A stretch of DNA of 64,000 nt from Tubulanus polymorphus (taxonomy: Eukaryota > Animalia > Nemertea), in assembly GCF_964204645.1 (NCBI RefSeq), contig NC_134025.1:17893101-17957100 (forward strand), written 5' to 3'. A model generated the notes under the pieces. The model was not told the origin of the DNA, ran no database searches, and was given only the letters and a program-made list of their open reading frames with translations. This document shows positions 48,295 to 59,839 of this stretch, piece by piece. The first letter of the stretch is position 1. Each line of letters starts with the position of its first letter. Position numbers and translations under genes: made by a program.

Positions 48295-49755
48295 ATGGCA
48301 GAAGGCGGAGAAGATATTCCATTGGATGGCATGGGAAATAATAATGAAGGATATATTGATGTTGATTATAATGATGCAGGTGCTAATCTTAATGAAACTA
48401 ATATTGATGATGATAATTCATCAGCATATAATTCTAATTTAGCAGATAGTGGTTCTAAAGCCCCATCAACAGATGAATATATTAGAGGAGCTAAATCGAG
48501 AATATATACTGAAAATGAAAATCCAGGTTTATTAAAGAAAAATTTAGAATATCATGAATCTATGTTTAAATTCCAACCTGTATTTGAAAGATCCGGATAT
48601 AATATAAATGAAAAAGATGCTGGCCGTTTAGTAGAAAATTTAAAACATTTAGATGGTGGATATTATTATAAATTGAAAGATGATTATTATATTAGTATCT
48701 CTTATAAAAATCAAGACAAAATATTAGCGGAAAAAACTTTGGGAAAATTAGAACCAGATAGAATTATAAGAATAAGTAATAGTAATGTAATAACTGATGT
48801 TACAAAACAAGAATTAACTGATAAAAATAGAAGAGTATTTAAACAAAGAATTGATGAATTATTTGAAATAATCAAAAAGAAATCAGAAACAGAAACAACT
48901 TCTGAACAGAATATAACTTCCAAAACAACCTAATTCAAGAGGAGTTCAAACTGAAAAAATTTTACCAAATGGATTAATTGATCCAACAAAACAAGAATTA
49001 GAAGATTTAAATATATTTTCTGATAAAGCAATTAAATAAATTATTAGTATAAGACTTGCATCTGATAAAATTGCGCATGACAAAAGTATAAGAGATTTAA
49101 AAATTAGAAATTTAGAAGATAAATTATTTAAATCAAGAAAAGAATCAGAACAACCAAAATTAGATAGAGATAATAAAGTTATTGAAGAAATTGAATTTAA
49201 AAAAGAAATGCATATTTAGAAAAAGAAATTGATGATTTAAAATATAATATAGAATTACAGAAACAAGAAAGAGATATATCATTAAAAGAATATGGTAATA
49301 ATTTTAAAAGGTTAAAAGATGTTTTTAAAAGATATCTAATAAAACCAAATTCTGAAATATCATTGAAAGATAGAATAAAATTATTATTTAAGTTAGAAGG
49401 AATAACAATTCTTTCAATTCTAACAGCTGTAACTATGTTATTTACAACAATTGGTTTAGCTATATCAAATTCTTTGAAATCTACTCCTACTCCCAATAAA
49501 CCAGATAAACCCCCAGATAATAATTCTATACAAGATAAAGTTAAAGATGGTTTAAAGAACGTAGCAAAATATTTATGGGAACTATCTAAAAAATCTACTG
49601 CAGCATTGCCCGGAGTTATTGCATCAATTATTGGTTTTATATTGAAATCTGCAGGAAACATTATTAACTTTGCTGCTGAACATATTATTTTATTTTTAAT
49701 TACAGTTGTAAGTGCAATTATTTTTGGGTTAGTAAACGTGATAAAAAATAAATAA
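48295..49755 (+). pseudogene. Large membrane-anchored protein, allele with a different N-terminal/central region
   Basis: MAEGGEDIPLD start; C-terminal ~150 aa nearly identical to A1; middle not alignable by eye; disrupted. Confidence 0.7.
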
Positions 49756-49776
49756 TTAATTTTTTTTGTTAAATAA

Positions 49777-51025
49777 ATGAGTGGGAGTTATATCAATCCT
49801 TCTAAGAATCATAGAATATCTAATGCTATTAAAGCAGAAAGATCACATCATATAATTACTCATAACCCTTCTAATATTAATCCTGATGGAACTTTATATG
49901 TTAGAATTCCTCGATTAACACAAAATACTTTTTATGTTCCAAATAGTATTTATTTATCAGCCGATATAAAAGTAACCGGTAATAATAATAATTATGTTGT
50001 TGATAATGTTGGAAGATATTTGATTAAAAAATTAACTATAAAGATCGGTCCAGAAACAGTTTTCTCATTAGATGATTATAATTTATTTATGCATTATAAA
50101 GATTTATGGTTAACTAAAGAAAATAGAAATAATATGATATTTCAAGGAATCCAATCAGAAAACCAAAATAAATTAAGATCAGAAGCTAATAGCGCAATAT
50201 TAACTAATGCTATAGATAAATTGATAAAAAGTATATATGGAAGCAAATATAAAATTCCATTAGACTTTGAATTGATAAATAATAATGCACCTTTATATAA
50301 ATACGCAATTCAAGAAGATGTTATATTCGATATAACATTTGCTCCTGTTAATGAAATTGTAATATCTAGCGTTAATAAAGATATGAGTTATAAATTATCG
50401 AATATATGTTTAGAATATGATACAGTAACTGATGAAAATATTTCAAGTATAATTCAAACTAAATACAATCAAGGATTTTCATTATTATATGGTTATATTG
50501 ATAAATTTAAAACTGTAACTATTAATGCAAATGATGAAATTATTAATGAGAATATTAACTTCCCAAGAAGATCTATTAAAGGTATATTAATATTTTTTTA
50601 CCATTGCAACATATACTAATGGCGCAATAAATGTTGATAATTATTATAATCCTGAAATAACAAAAGTAGAAATAACTATCGAAGGAATAGCAAATAAAAT
50701 ATTTTGTCAAGGAATGAGAATGATAGATCAATGGCCAGAAATTAGAAAACATTTTATGAATGAAAAAGTAAAATCATCTGAAAATTGTAATATTAATCAA
50801 ATTGATTATTATACCGGTAATAAATATGCATTATGGTTAGATTTTAGAACAACAGAGGATAATTCATTACATGGTTCTGGAAAAAAATTACAGAACACTT
50901 AAGATGGAATACAATTATTCATGACAAAGAAAAAAGGAAGCCTAAATTTTAAAATGCACATTTATATTATATCTGACGCGCACTTAAATATTGTAAATTC
51001 TCAATTAAATAGTGTGATGTATTAA
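49777..51025 (+). pseudogene. Major capsid protein (double jelly roll)
   Basis: Nearly identical to 13372-14619; +1 frameshift near 50597 and stop at 50900-50902. Confidence 0.8.
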
Positions 51026-51057
51026 AATTTTAACTTTAATAAAAATTTATATAATAA

Positions 51058-51846
51058 ATGGAAGGAGGTAAAGTATATAAACATATTCCATACATCGATA
51101 CACATGAAAATAATGATGGTTTATATTACGTAATACCTTGTAATATAGCTTTGATATTTGATCCTATTTTCAAAATTTATAAAACTAAACTAATAGAAAT
51201 CGATAATAATAAAAGTGGTGTTGCTGATAATTTAAGTAATGTAATTGATAATAATGTAATACCTTCTACATCTAATAATGTAATACCTTCTACATCTAAT
51301 AATGTAATACCTTCTACATCTAATAATGAAATAATATTAAATATTAGTGAAAATAGAAATTATTGTGATTATTGTAAAGGTGAATTTTCAAACGCTCCAT
51401 CAAATTGGAATAAACATACGAATACAAAGGTACATATTACTAATGTAATAGAACGTGTTGGTTTAAGAGAATTTATAAAACACCCATTTAAATATGTTAC
51501 AACGTTTGTTTCAAATAAAAAAGTAAATGGTAAAGAATTATATGAAGATTTATTATTAGCAACACCTAATAAAGATGAATTAGATTTAACCGATGCTAAT
51601 AAAATATTAGGATCAAACACTGTAAATGAAATATTAGGAGCAAACACTAAGAAAGATGATAATGAAAATATAGTTACAGATATTGATAATAAAGATTCTA
51701 TGAAACATAAAGTAGAAAATAATGATAAATTTGATTGGATGAATAAGCATAACAATGAAACAACTATTGATGTAGATTCTGTAGAGCATTTGAATAAATT
51801 GTTAGGGCCTGATAGTGAATTGGAGAGTGATGATGAAAGTGATTAA
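51058..51846 (+). CDS. Hypothetical protein with NNVIPSTS repeats, C2H2-like finger and acidic tail
   Basis: 262-aa open frame; YCDYCKGEF...WNKHTNTKVH; 24-nt repeat x3. Confidence 0.7.
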   Translation: MEGGKVYKHIPYIDTHENNDGLYYVIPCNIALIFDPIFKIYKTKLIEIDNNKSGVADNLSNVIDNNVIPSTSNNVIPSTSNNVIPSTSNNEIILNISENRNYCDYCKGEFSNAPSNWNKHTNTKVHITNVIERVGLREFIKHPFKYVTTFVSNKKVNGKELYEDLLLATPNKDELDLTDANKILGSNTVNEILGANTKKDDNENIVTDIDNKDSMKHKVENNDKFDWMNKHNNETTIDVDSVEHLNKLLGPDSELESDDESD

Positions 51847-52149
51847 GATATTAATTATATTTAACTCAAATAATAATATTAGTTGAAAATTGTATAAAAT
51901 AATAGTAAATAAAAAAGGGGGTTTTAAGTATTCAAGGTATTTAAGGTATCTAATACAATCTAATACAATCTAATACATAAAATATCTTATTTTATAAACT
52001 GATATTCATATGGAAATTGAAACCTCAGTAATAATAAATAACCTTTATTATTTTCAAACTTATTCATATATTAGTTGAAAAAATAAAAATAAATTGGTTG
52101 AAAATTGTATAAATAATATTTGTTTAAAAAAGGGGGTTTTAAGTATTTA

Positions 52150-52270
52150 AGGTATCTAATAGGGTATCAGGTATTAGGGTATCAGGTATTAGGGTATCTA
52201 ATAGGGTATCAGGTATTAGGGTATCTAATAGGGTATCAGGTATTAGGGTATTTAATAGGGTATCTAATAC
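52150..52270. repeat. Minisatellite (GGGTATCAGGTATTA / GGGTATCTAATA) between convergent gene blocks
   Basis: Directly visible tandem 12-15-bp units. Confidence 0.85.
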
Positions 52271-52286
52271 ATAGGTATACAAATAG

Positions 52287-52898
52287 TTATTTTATAAATT
52301 TATATTCATAGGGAAATTGTAGTCTCAGTAATAATTTTGAACCTTTATTATTCTTTAATTTATTCATATATTCATCATGTAATTCAGTAGGTATAATTTG
52401 ATTTTCTTCCAATGATTGTTGCATAGATTTTCTATCTTTATTGTAGAATAAAACTAGAAATCTTATATTCTCCCTAAAGTCTTTAACAATTGAATTATAT
52501 TTTTGATTTAAAACCCATGTTGTTAACCCGAAATGTCTCCCAGAGAAAGCTAAATAACATAACTCACTTTCTCTCACTTTTGAATCATGTAAATTTGCGC
52601 AATCATCTACAATGAATAATGTATTTGATCCTTTATAGATATCAATTGCTATTTTTATACAATTATCTAAATTTTCTTTTACTGTTTTAGGATCTAATAT
52701 AATAAACTTTTTTATCTCAACTATATCTCTATTATATGTTTTATTCATTTCATAAGTAGGACAGAATAATATTATATTATCAAGATGATTCTTATAAATA
52801 GTTTCTAACAAATCTAATATGAAATGTGTTTTACCACAGTTTGTTACACCAGTAACTAACATATTATGCGGTTCAAATATAAATAAATCTTTATTCAT
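52287..52898 (-). CDS. A32-like packaging ATPase (intact, 203 aa from MNKDLF)
   Basis: GVTNCGKT, LFIVDD, SGRHFGLTTWVLNQKY. Confidence 0.93.
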   Translation of the reverse strand: MNKDLFIFEPHNMLVTGVTNCGKTHFILDLLETIYKNHLDNIILFCPTYEMNKTYNRDIVEIKKFIILDPKTVKENLDNCIKIAIDIYKGSNTLFIVDDCANLHDSKVRESELCYLAFSGRHFGLTTWVLNQKYNSIVKDFRENIRFLVLFYNKDRKSMQQSLEENQIIPTELHDEYMNKLKNNKGSKLLLRLQFPYEYKFIK

Positions 52899-53981
52899 GT
52901 ATTCTTTTAATTTTACTAGATAAAATCCATTCATTAAATTTATCATCATATCCTTTATATTTCACCAAAGAATACTTTTTTCCTTTAAGAGTTTTTGTTT
53001 TCAATACTTTTTATATTTTGTATTCTATTTCATCTGGATTTGGTACAAGTGATAATTCTTGTTCATAGAAATAACCTAATATTTCTTCGTCTTTTAGATC
53101 TTCTAATTTATAAACAAATGGTTTAGTTAATATTATCTTTTTAATCTTGAATATTTCTTCTGTAAAATTTGGGGTATATCCTTTATAAAATGTTTTTCTA
53201 TATTTAGATATTCTGACATGTTGCCTAATTTTAAATTTAGGTTCTCCGAAATCATGTGTAACAAATGCTCCATATAAATTATTCCAAACTATTTCCGAAT
53301 TATCTTCTTTTCTAGCTTGTATAGGTTTCATATTTATAGACCTATGTTTAGAATTATTATTACCTTTCACTAAATCATCTAATACATCGATATATTTATA
53401 TGTTTCATTAGCAGTAAAATATTTCCACATTCTAGTTTTCAATGTTTTATTAAATCTTTCTATAATAGATGCTTTTTTATCTGAGTGTGTTGAAAAAAAA
53501 TCTACATCGTTATCAGATAATAGTTTTTTGAAATGTTTGTTATAAAATTCTTTACCTTCATCAAATTGTATCTTATCTGGAATAGCTTCTTTAAATATTG
53601 ATTTAAAAGCATTTGTCACTTCTATACCAGTTTTATTTTGATTGGAATTGACCATGCGTATCTACTGAATATGTCTATAACATTTAATATCCAGAAATAT
53701 CCTTTGTTGTATTCTTCTAAGTTCTTCATATCAATTAAATCAGCTTGCCATTGTTGATCGATATATGAAACCATAACTTTTCTTGTTAAATAAGTTTTAT
53801 CCATTTTCTTGTTAATTTGATATGTTGGTTGATTTTGTAACCATAATCTTAGTTCACTATATTTTATATTACCATTTTCATTATCAGATTTAATTTTATC
53901 CCATAATTCTGTAACGCTAGAATATGATACTTCACTTTCTGGGTTATAATATAACTCTCTTAAATATTGTTCTTTTTTCAT
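52891..53981 (-). pseudogene. int: rve integrase with chromodomain, frameshifted
   Basis: Same motifs as A1; frameshift near 53640 and stop near 53011. Confidence 0.93.
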
Positions 53982-53989
53982 CTTATTTT

Positions 53990-54946
53990 AATCCATTAAT
54001 AATAATTTAGATTTTGTTTCAATGACTTTATGATTTGACTTATTTTCTGGTATAATAGGTTTATTATCATCGGGATCATTATTATTAGATTAGAATTTAT
54101 ATTTATATATTACACCAGAGAATATAATAATTGTGATTAACCCAATTGTAATATATAAGTAATTATTTCTTCCACTATTAGAAGAATCAGATGGATTATT
54201 ATTTGAATCAATATCAGATAAAGTCTGTGACTCATTTATATCAATTAATTTCTTTTTCTTAGCTTTTTTAATTCTGCAGATCTTTTACCTAATTCTCTTG
54301 CCCATTTAATTTGTTTCTCGGATCTAGGCTTTTTCTTAACGCTATCACTGATTTATTTTAATTAATTTTTGTTCTGATTCGTTTTCTGTTTCGCCGTTTG
54401 GTTGTAGTACATCTGTTTCGTTCTTACCTGATTTATATTCCATAGGTTTGATGTTCGAAAATGTTATGACACCAGTAGAAATTAATGTCATAACCGATCC
54501 TAATTGGAATGAAGCATAACCAACCCATTTTTGTAATTCAGTCATAACTAAGTAGTCATTTTTCAAATCACTATATAATTTATTTTCATCATCAATTGGT
54601 ATTAACTGGTGACATAACTTAGAATAACATTTTATAATACCATCACTTATAGAGTCGTTTATTCTAGCTAATCTAGCTTCTTCATAAATCTTAAAATATT
54701 TTATTACTTTATCGGGTTTCATAGCATCTAATTCTTGAGAAGTTATTATTTTCCCGATAAACTGATTACATTTACCACTAGCAATTAGTAATTCTAGATG
54801 GTGCTAACAATATAAATAGTATTCATAATCAATATTACAATTAATATTATTTTCAATTTTGATTGGAATATCCTTATTATCACTAATACCTAAATCATCT
54901 AATGTTTTTTCAATATCAATACTATTCTTACTCGATTTCTTTGACA
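53990..54946 (-). pseudogene. Two hypothetical genes, homologs of 16625-17605
   Basis: Collinear with A1; includes ORF 54345-54722. Confidence 0.6.
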
Positions 54947-55193
54947 TTTATATTAGAGAAATCTAATAAGAAAAATATTATAAGTATTATAAAATGATAC
55001 CAGTATCTCTTTAGATTAATACTAGCTTAGTTAAAGGTAAAGAATTTTAGTATTAGTTATTGTTTTTTTAGTATTTTTTATTTGTGATATAAAGTATTCT
55101 TTTTTGAAAAGAAAATATTAAAAAACAATAACTAATACTAGCTAGTTGAAGATATGTAATTTTTAATACTTTTTATTTAAAATCTATTATTCT

Positions 55194-55853
55194 TTAACCA
55201 CTCATTAAAGACTCAACGTATTGTTCATTATTTGGGTCATTATTCCATTGATCAATAAATTTCTTTGCCTTTGTTAACTGTTCTAAATATAACTGTAAAT
55301 CTAGTTTATTAGATTTGATTTTATTTTCTTTCTTTTCAAGAGGTCTTAAATTTTTCCAACCCCAAATAAGTTTTTTATTGTATTCATCATTCATGTTTAA
55401 TTTAGATATCGGTAACGTATGATCAATATGAAAGTATTCACCATAATTATCTATATTCATTTTATCATCGAATTGAAATATAATCCATGATTTGAGAAAT
55501 TCATCTGAACAACCCAACAAATTAGATAATGCTTCTGAATGTGTTTCTTTGTTGAATAATTGTGTTAATCTAGGTCTTGAACATTGTTTCAATCTAAAAT
55601 TAAGATCTGTTTGATATCTTTCTCTCATATATTCTGCCATATAATGATTATAATGTTCTATATTATCTTCTCGGTGTTGTTTGGTATATAGTTTAGTGCA
55701 AGTTTTACAGCAATATTGAAAACCATCTTTGCTAATCTTACGCTTACTAAATTCTGTTATAGCTAATTTATCTAATTCACACTTCTTGTAGTATATATTT
55801 ATAACACCAGCGTTATTTGTAATATTGATAATTTGTGGTTGTTCTGGTTCCAT
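55194..55853 (-). CDS. HNH endonuclease (NCLDV-like)
   Basis: FHIDHTLPIS...WKNLRPLEKKENKIKSNK (H-N-N core) with N-terminal SKDGFQYCCKTC. Confidence 0.82.
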   Translation of the reverse strand: MEPEQPQIINITNNAGVINIYYKKCELDKLAITEFSKRKISKDGFQYCCKTCTKLYTKQHREDNIEHYNHYMAEYMRERYQTDLNFRLKQCSRPRLTQLFNKETHSEALSNLLGCSDEFLKSWIIFQFDDKMNIDNYGEYFHIDHTLPISKLNMNDEYNKKLIWGWKNLRPLEKKENKIKSNKLDLQLYLEQLTKAKKFIDQWNNDPNNEQYVESLMSG

Positions 55854-56245
55854 TTATTATATGTATTTTTTACTAAATTGGTTAATATTTTAGAATCCTC
55901 TTCAATTTCTTCGACCAACGTCATCCTTTTTCATTCCTCGCTGCTTTTGATAAGTCGTTTCAGTTCCTTGATATCTAAATCATACCACTGGGCAAAACCG
56001 CGCATACAGGCGCGCTTTTGTTTAGTGCGCATGCGCTAATCATAATAGAAACAACCGACATGAAATATCAAAACGTGTTCGCATTAGGCAAAACCGCGCA
56101 TTCAGGTGCGCTTTTGCTTAATGCGCATGCGCTAATCATAATTATATATTCATTCTAGAAATAGAAACGACCGAACATAAAAATTCACCAAACAGATTTA
56201 CACAATACATTATACAAGTTGTTCAGTCGTTGTACATAATTTGAT

Positions 56246-56983
56246 TTATAATTCCAACCAGAACTTTTCAATTTCTGGATCATTGACAAGCATTTTTTCA
56301 ATTTCTGGCATATATCTGATTACTTCACTAAATGACAAACTTAATAATTGGAATCTTTTATATGTAATTAATCTCCCTACGCTTCTTAATTTTCTTTCAT
56401 GCCCAACACTAATACCTATATATTTTTTAACCCAAGAAGCCCAAGAAATCCCCGCAGTTTGTATATTAAACATTAAAAATCCCTTATTTAAACAATCCCC
56501 GAAAATGATATAATCCCATAAATGCTTTGCTTTTTTAAATAACAAGGTTCTATAATTTTTTTTCAATAAAACAGTTATTTCATTAAATGTTGTTACACCT
56601 TCTATTTCTTTAAAACTTACGCCTGTTTCAATTGATAATTTTGATTTTAAAAACTCATTTAACTCATTTCCGCTCATTTTCTTTTTAGTTTTTGTTCCTT
56701 TTAGTCTTAACAATATTTCTACATTGGTTGTTGGTCTTTTCGGTAATGATGTTGCGCTTGATTGCTGGTTTTCTATTATTTTTTCTAAAATTAATGTCAT
56801 TGCTTCATGGTAATATAAATGTTTTTTAACTTCTTCTAACGTTTCGCCGCCTATATCTAAAGATTCTTTTACTTCAACACCCATTTCCATTGGTTCGTCT
56901 TCCATTTCGGTTGGTTCGTCTTCCATTTCGGTTGTCCTCTGAGAATTAAGAGTACTTCTTAATACGTATGACATTTTATTCAA
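56246..56983 (-). CDS. Hypothetical 245-aa cargo protein in an A2-specific insertion
   Basis: Open frame absent from A1; TEMEDEP repeat; helical C-terminal motif GDCL...WASWVKKYIGISVGHERKLR. Confidence 0.6.
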   Translation of the reverse strand: MNKMSYVLRSTLNSQRTTEMEDEPTEMEDEPMEMGVEVKESLDIGGETLEEVKKHLYYHEAMTLILEKIIENQQSSATSLPKRPTTNVEILLRLKGTKTKKKMSGNELNEFLKSKLSIETGVSFKEIEGVTTFNEITVLLKKNYRTLLFKKAKHLWDYIIFGDCLNKGFLMFNIQTAGISWASWVKKYIGISVGHERKLRSVGRLITYKRFQLLSLSFSEVIRYMPEIEKMLVNDPEIEKFWLEL

Positions 56984-57510
56984 CTAAAAGATATCAGCTG
57001 TAGAACAGGAACTGCGATATTGAATGATATAAATATTTTCAAGTCTATCGTTTCTAATTATTATAACTTATTATAGTTCAAGTTATTATCTATCTAACGT
57101 AAAATAGAATTAACTGTATGAAGTTGTAGTTGTCAAATGCACTTAAAGGTTTCATATTAAATAGCTCTAATAACTACAAAAACAGTACTTACATTTAGAT
57201 TAAGAATTGTAAACTATAAACTCCTAATTTCGTTTTGAAAGATAGAATATCCTAAGCGTTATGTTGCAGCGTCTATTCAGTTCCGGTGCGATTTCGAAAT
57301 GAACACGTCGTCGATTATGACACGTCATCTGGTCCCGGTACACCTTCTAGAATTTTCTACGCGTTTTCATTATTATGACTCATATGTCTCAGCGTTATAG
57401 TAACAGCTGTGACAGCTGTGAATTTATAGATTTATTCAATAGTTCATTACATGAAATGTATATAGGCTCAAATAGAATCATGTTCTAGTATAAGCAAATG
57501 CTATGTATTA

Positions 57511-57862
57511 TATCATGTATATATGTATTATTTCAATCACACTTTACTAACACTTTTAATGTTTAAAAATCTAACTCATAAAAATATGAATATTGAAATA
57601 ATGTTTAAAATATATCTATATATCTATTCTATAAGAGCTCGCACTTTTATATTGATTAATCTGTCAATTTAAATGTTATTCATATATATGAATATTTTAA
57701 GAGTAATAGGGGTAATAGGCTTTTAAGCTAAAGGTTGAATGGTCGAGTTCATTAAAAAACAAATATTAAAAGTAATTTAAAACTATAATATATTTTCATA
57801 GACGTGTGTTTTTCAGTTGAATAATAGAATAATAATTATTATTAAAATATATTTGATTATAT
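57511..57862 (-). repeat. Remnant right TIR of A2
   Basis: Matches ~18570-18885 of A1, including the inner AGTAATAGGGGTAATAGG arm (57702); outer arm missing. Confidence 0.9.
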
Positions 57863-57877
57863 GAATTTGTGTATTGT

Positions 57878-57939
57878 AAATAAATCAATTGGTCGCGGAG
57901 CGGAGCGGTAGCGAAGCGGAGCGACCAATTGATTTATTT
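57878..57939. repeat. Perfect 19-bp-stem hairpin with GCGGAGC loop repeats
   Basis: AAATAAATCAATTGGTCGC ... GCGACCAATTGATTTATTT. Confidence 0.85.
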
Positions 57940-58561
57940 CGTCCCCCTTGGGCTTCACGCCTGATGTGTACGTCTTGGCATGGATACACGCCATTGGAGT
58001 ACTACGTATGGACATAAGCTACATCCATACAGAAGGGACATTTGTACTTCAATTTGCGGCTTTCAGTGAGCCCGGATATTTTTCAACGATGACGGAAACC
58101 CTGCGTTTCTTATCTTTTTCTTTTTTTTTCTACGCGCGCTGAACAGCTTATTTTGCATCAGTCAATCCGAGTCGGCCTGTGTTTACATTAGGCGGGACAC
58201 AGCCGCTGGCTGTGTGTTTACATAACTGCTGTCTCTAGTAGCCAGTACATGTACTAACTAGGGTATCTAGGGTACATGTACTAACTAGGGTACCAGAGAG
58301 TACAGCATCTTCGAATGGCGTTGTTTGCGTAGATATATACCGGATGGCATTAATCTTCATCCCTCACTCGCATGTAAATCTGGTGAAATTGGCGATGAAT
58401 ACCATTATCTAATGATCTGTCATTCTCACACCAAGCTGAGAAGATGATACGGTACCGGTACCTGTAAATATCTTGTTTCTTACATAGTGTATCAATATGT
58501 ATGTTTTTCTATATCCATATACAATCAACATTGTCAGGATGATAAAAGTTATCTTAAGTTA

Positions 58562-59342
58562 GGTCACACAATGGCGCGGTACTCGAAAAACGCCTAATGA
58601 AATATACCGAATCGGAAAACGCATAACGCCTAATTCCTAGAAAATGACCTAATTTCGTAATTGCACCATCTACTAGGACTCACAATCCAACTCATCAACG
58701 GAACAGTTTGAAAATACATGTGTTTTACGCTTCACGAAACGAGACTACTACTCATATAAACTACATTATAGGATGATGATAGAATGTCCGCCGTGCAAGC
58801 AATTAATTACATAACGCCATAGAAGTGTAAACTGAAACAGTTTACACTTCTATGATAATGCGAAAACAAACGCCGCGGTTTTAAACCGGCATTCTTGAAT
58901 TTTGAAACCGGAATGCATAAATATGATACAACGCACACAAAGACTGATAAAATAGCCTTTCTCAAATTATCCTCCAAACTGTTCACAACCACGCTAATGT
59001 GAACCTACCGAACCAATGAGAGACTAAATAATGTCCAGCCCCTGAACTTCCTTGAACAAAAAATAATAAACTTTCCATATAAAAAATATGATGTCTTTTA
59101 TTATCATAATACTCTGTCTTAATATGAAATAATAACACAGATAAGCCTGTATAACCAAAGACAGTAGAAACGAAGATGGAACAGGCGGGGCTCCACGCAC
59201 TCCGACGGGAACTAAATAGCGTTGCGTACATAGTTCACGTAGGGATTTAGGTCAATTTCTTGGATGTTACTATGAATTAGGCGTTTTCCGATTCGGTGTT
59301 TTTCATTAGGCTTTTTTCGAAAACCGCACAATGGCGTGTGCC
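58562..59342. mobile_element. MITE with ~100-bp imperfect TIRs (Harbinger/Tourist-like)
   Basis: GGTCACAC...CGAAAAACGCCTAATGAAA..CCGAATCGGAAAACGC mirrored at 59245-59342; flanks TTA / TAA. Confidence 0.7.
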
Positions 59343-59839
59343 TAATTTTTTATCCTCGGTAGGCACCTCTTGATTTTCTCTGCCAATCGACCGTGATCGC
59401 TTTAGGGTCCGTTGAGTTTCTGTATTCGAAACCATCCTGGTCTCGGCACCAAATGGAAACCGCCGAAAACATTTGCATGTATAGCTGAGCAGTATTAATT
59501 GAGAATACGTACATTCACATACTAGAATCGCATTGTGACTACGGTACTTGTTCTCAGAACAGGTTATGGTATCCACGCAAACGAATCTAGAACACTTAGA
59601 TTGGCCCGATTTCTTGTATAGTTGTATAGACCCATGCTAGAAATGCCTGGGAACTTCTTAAGGTGTAGGCTAACCTAGCTTGATGTATTTTGTATGATCT
59701 ACATACGTACTGGACGAGAACGTTAAGTATATACGACAGAGAGTATTATATGTATGATGGTAAGTTAGACACTAAACCAATTATACCTATGAAGAATCTT
59801 TGTGAATATATCGAATTTCATATACTGAAGTCTCGTGAA

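Larger units (their letters stand above)
42198..57862 (+). mobile_element. Polinton copy A2, left end deleted and right TIR truncated
   Basis: Collinear with A1 from mid-pPolB (6441) to inside the right TIR. Confidence 0.95.

Noticed and set aside
52120-52311. GYQVL/GYLI-repeat peptide
   Set aside because: Product of the 12-15-bp minisatellite; absent from A1.
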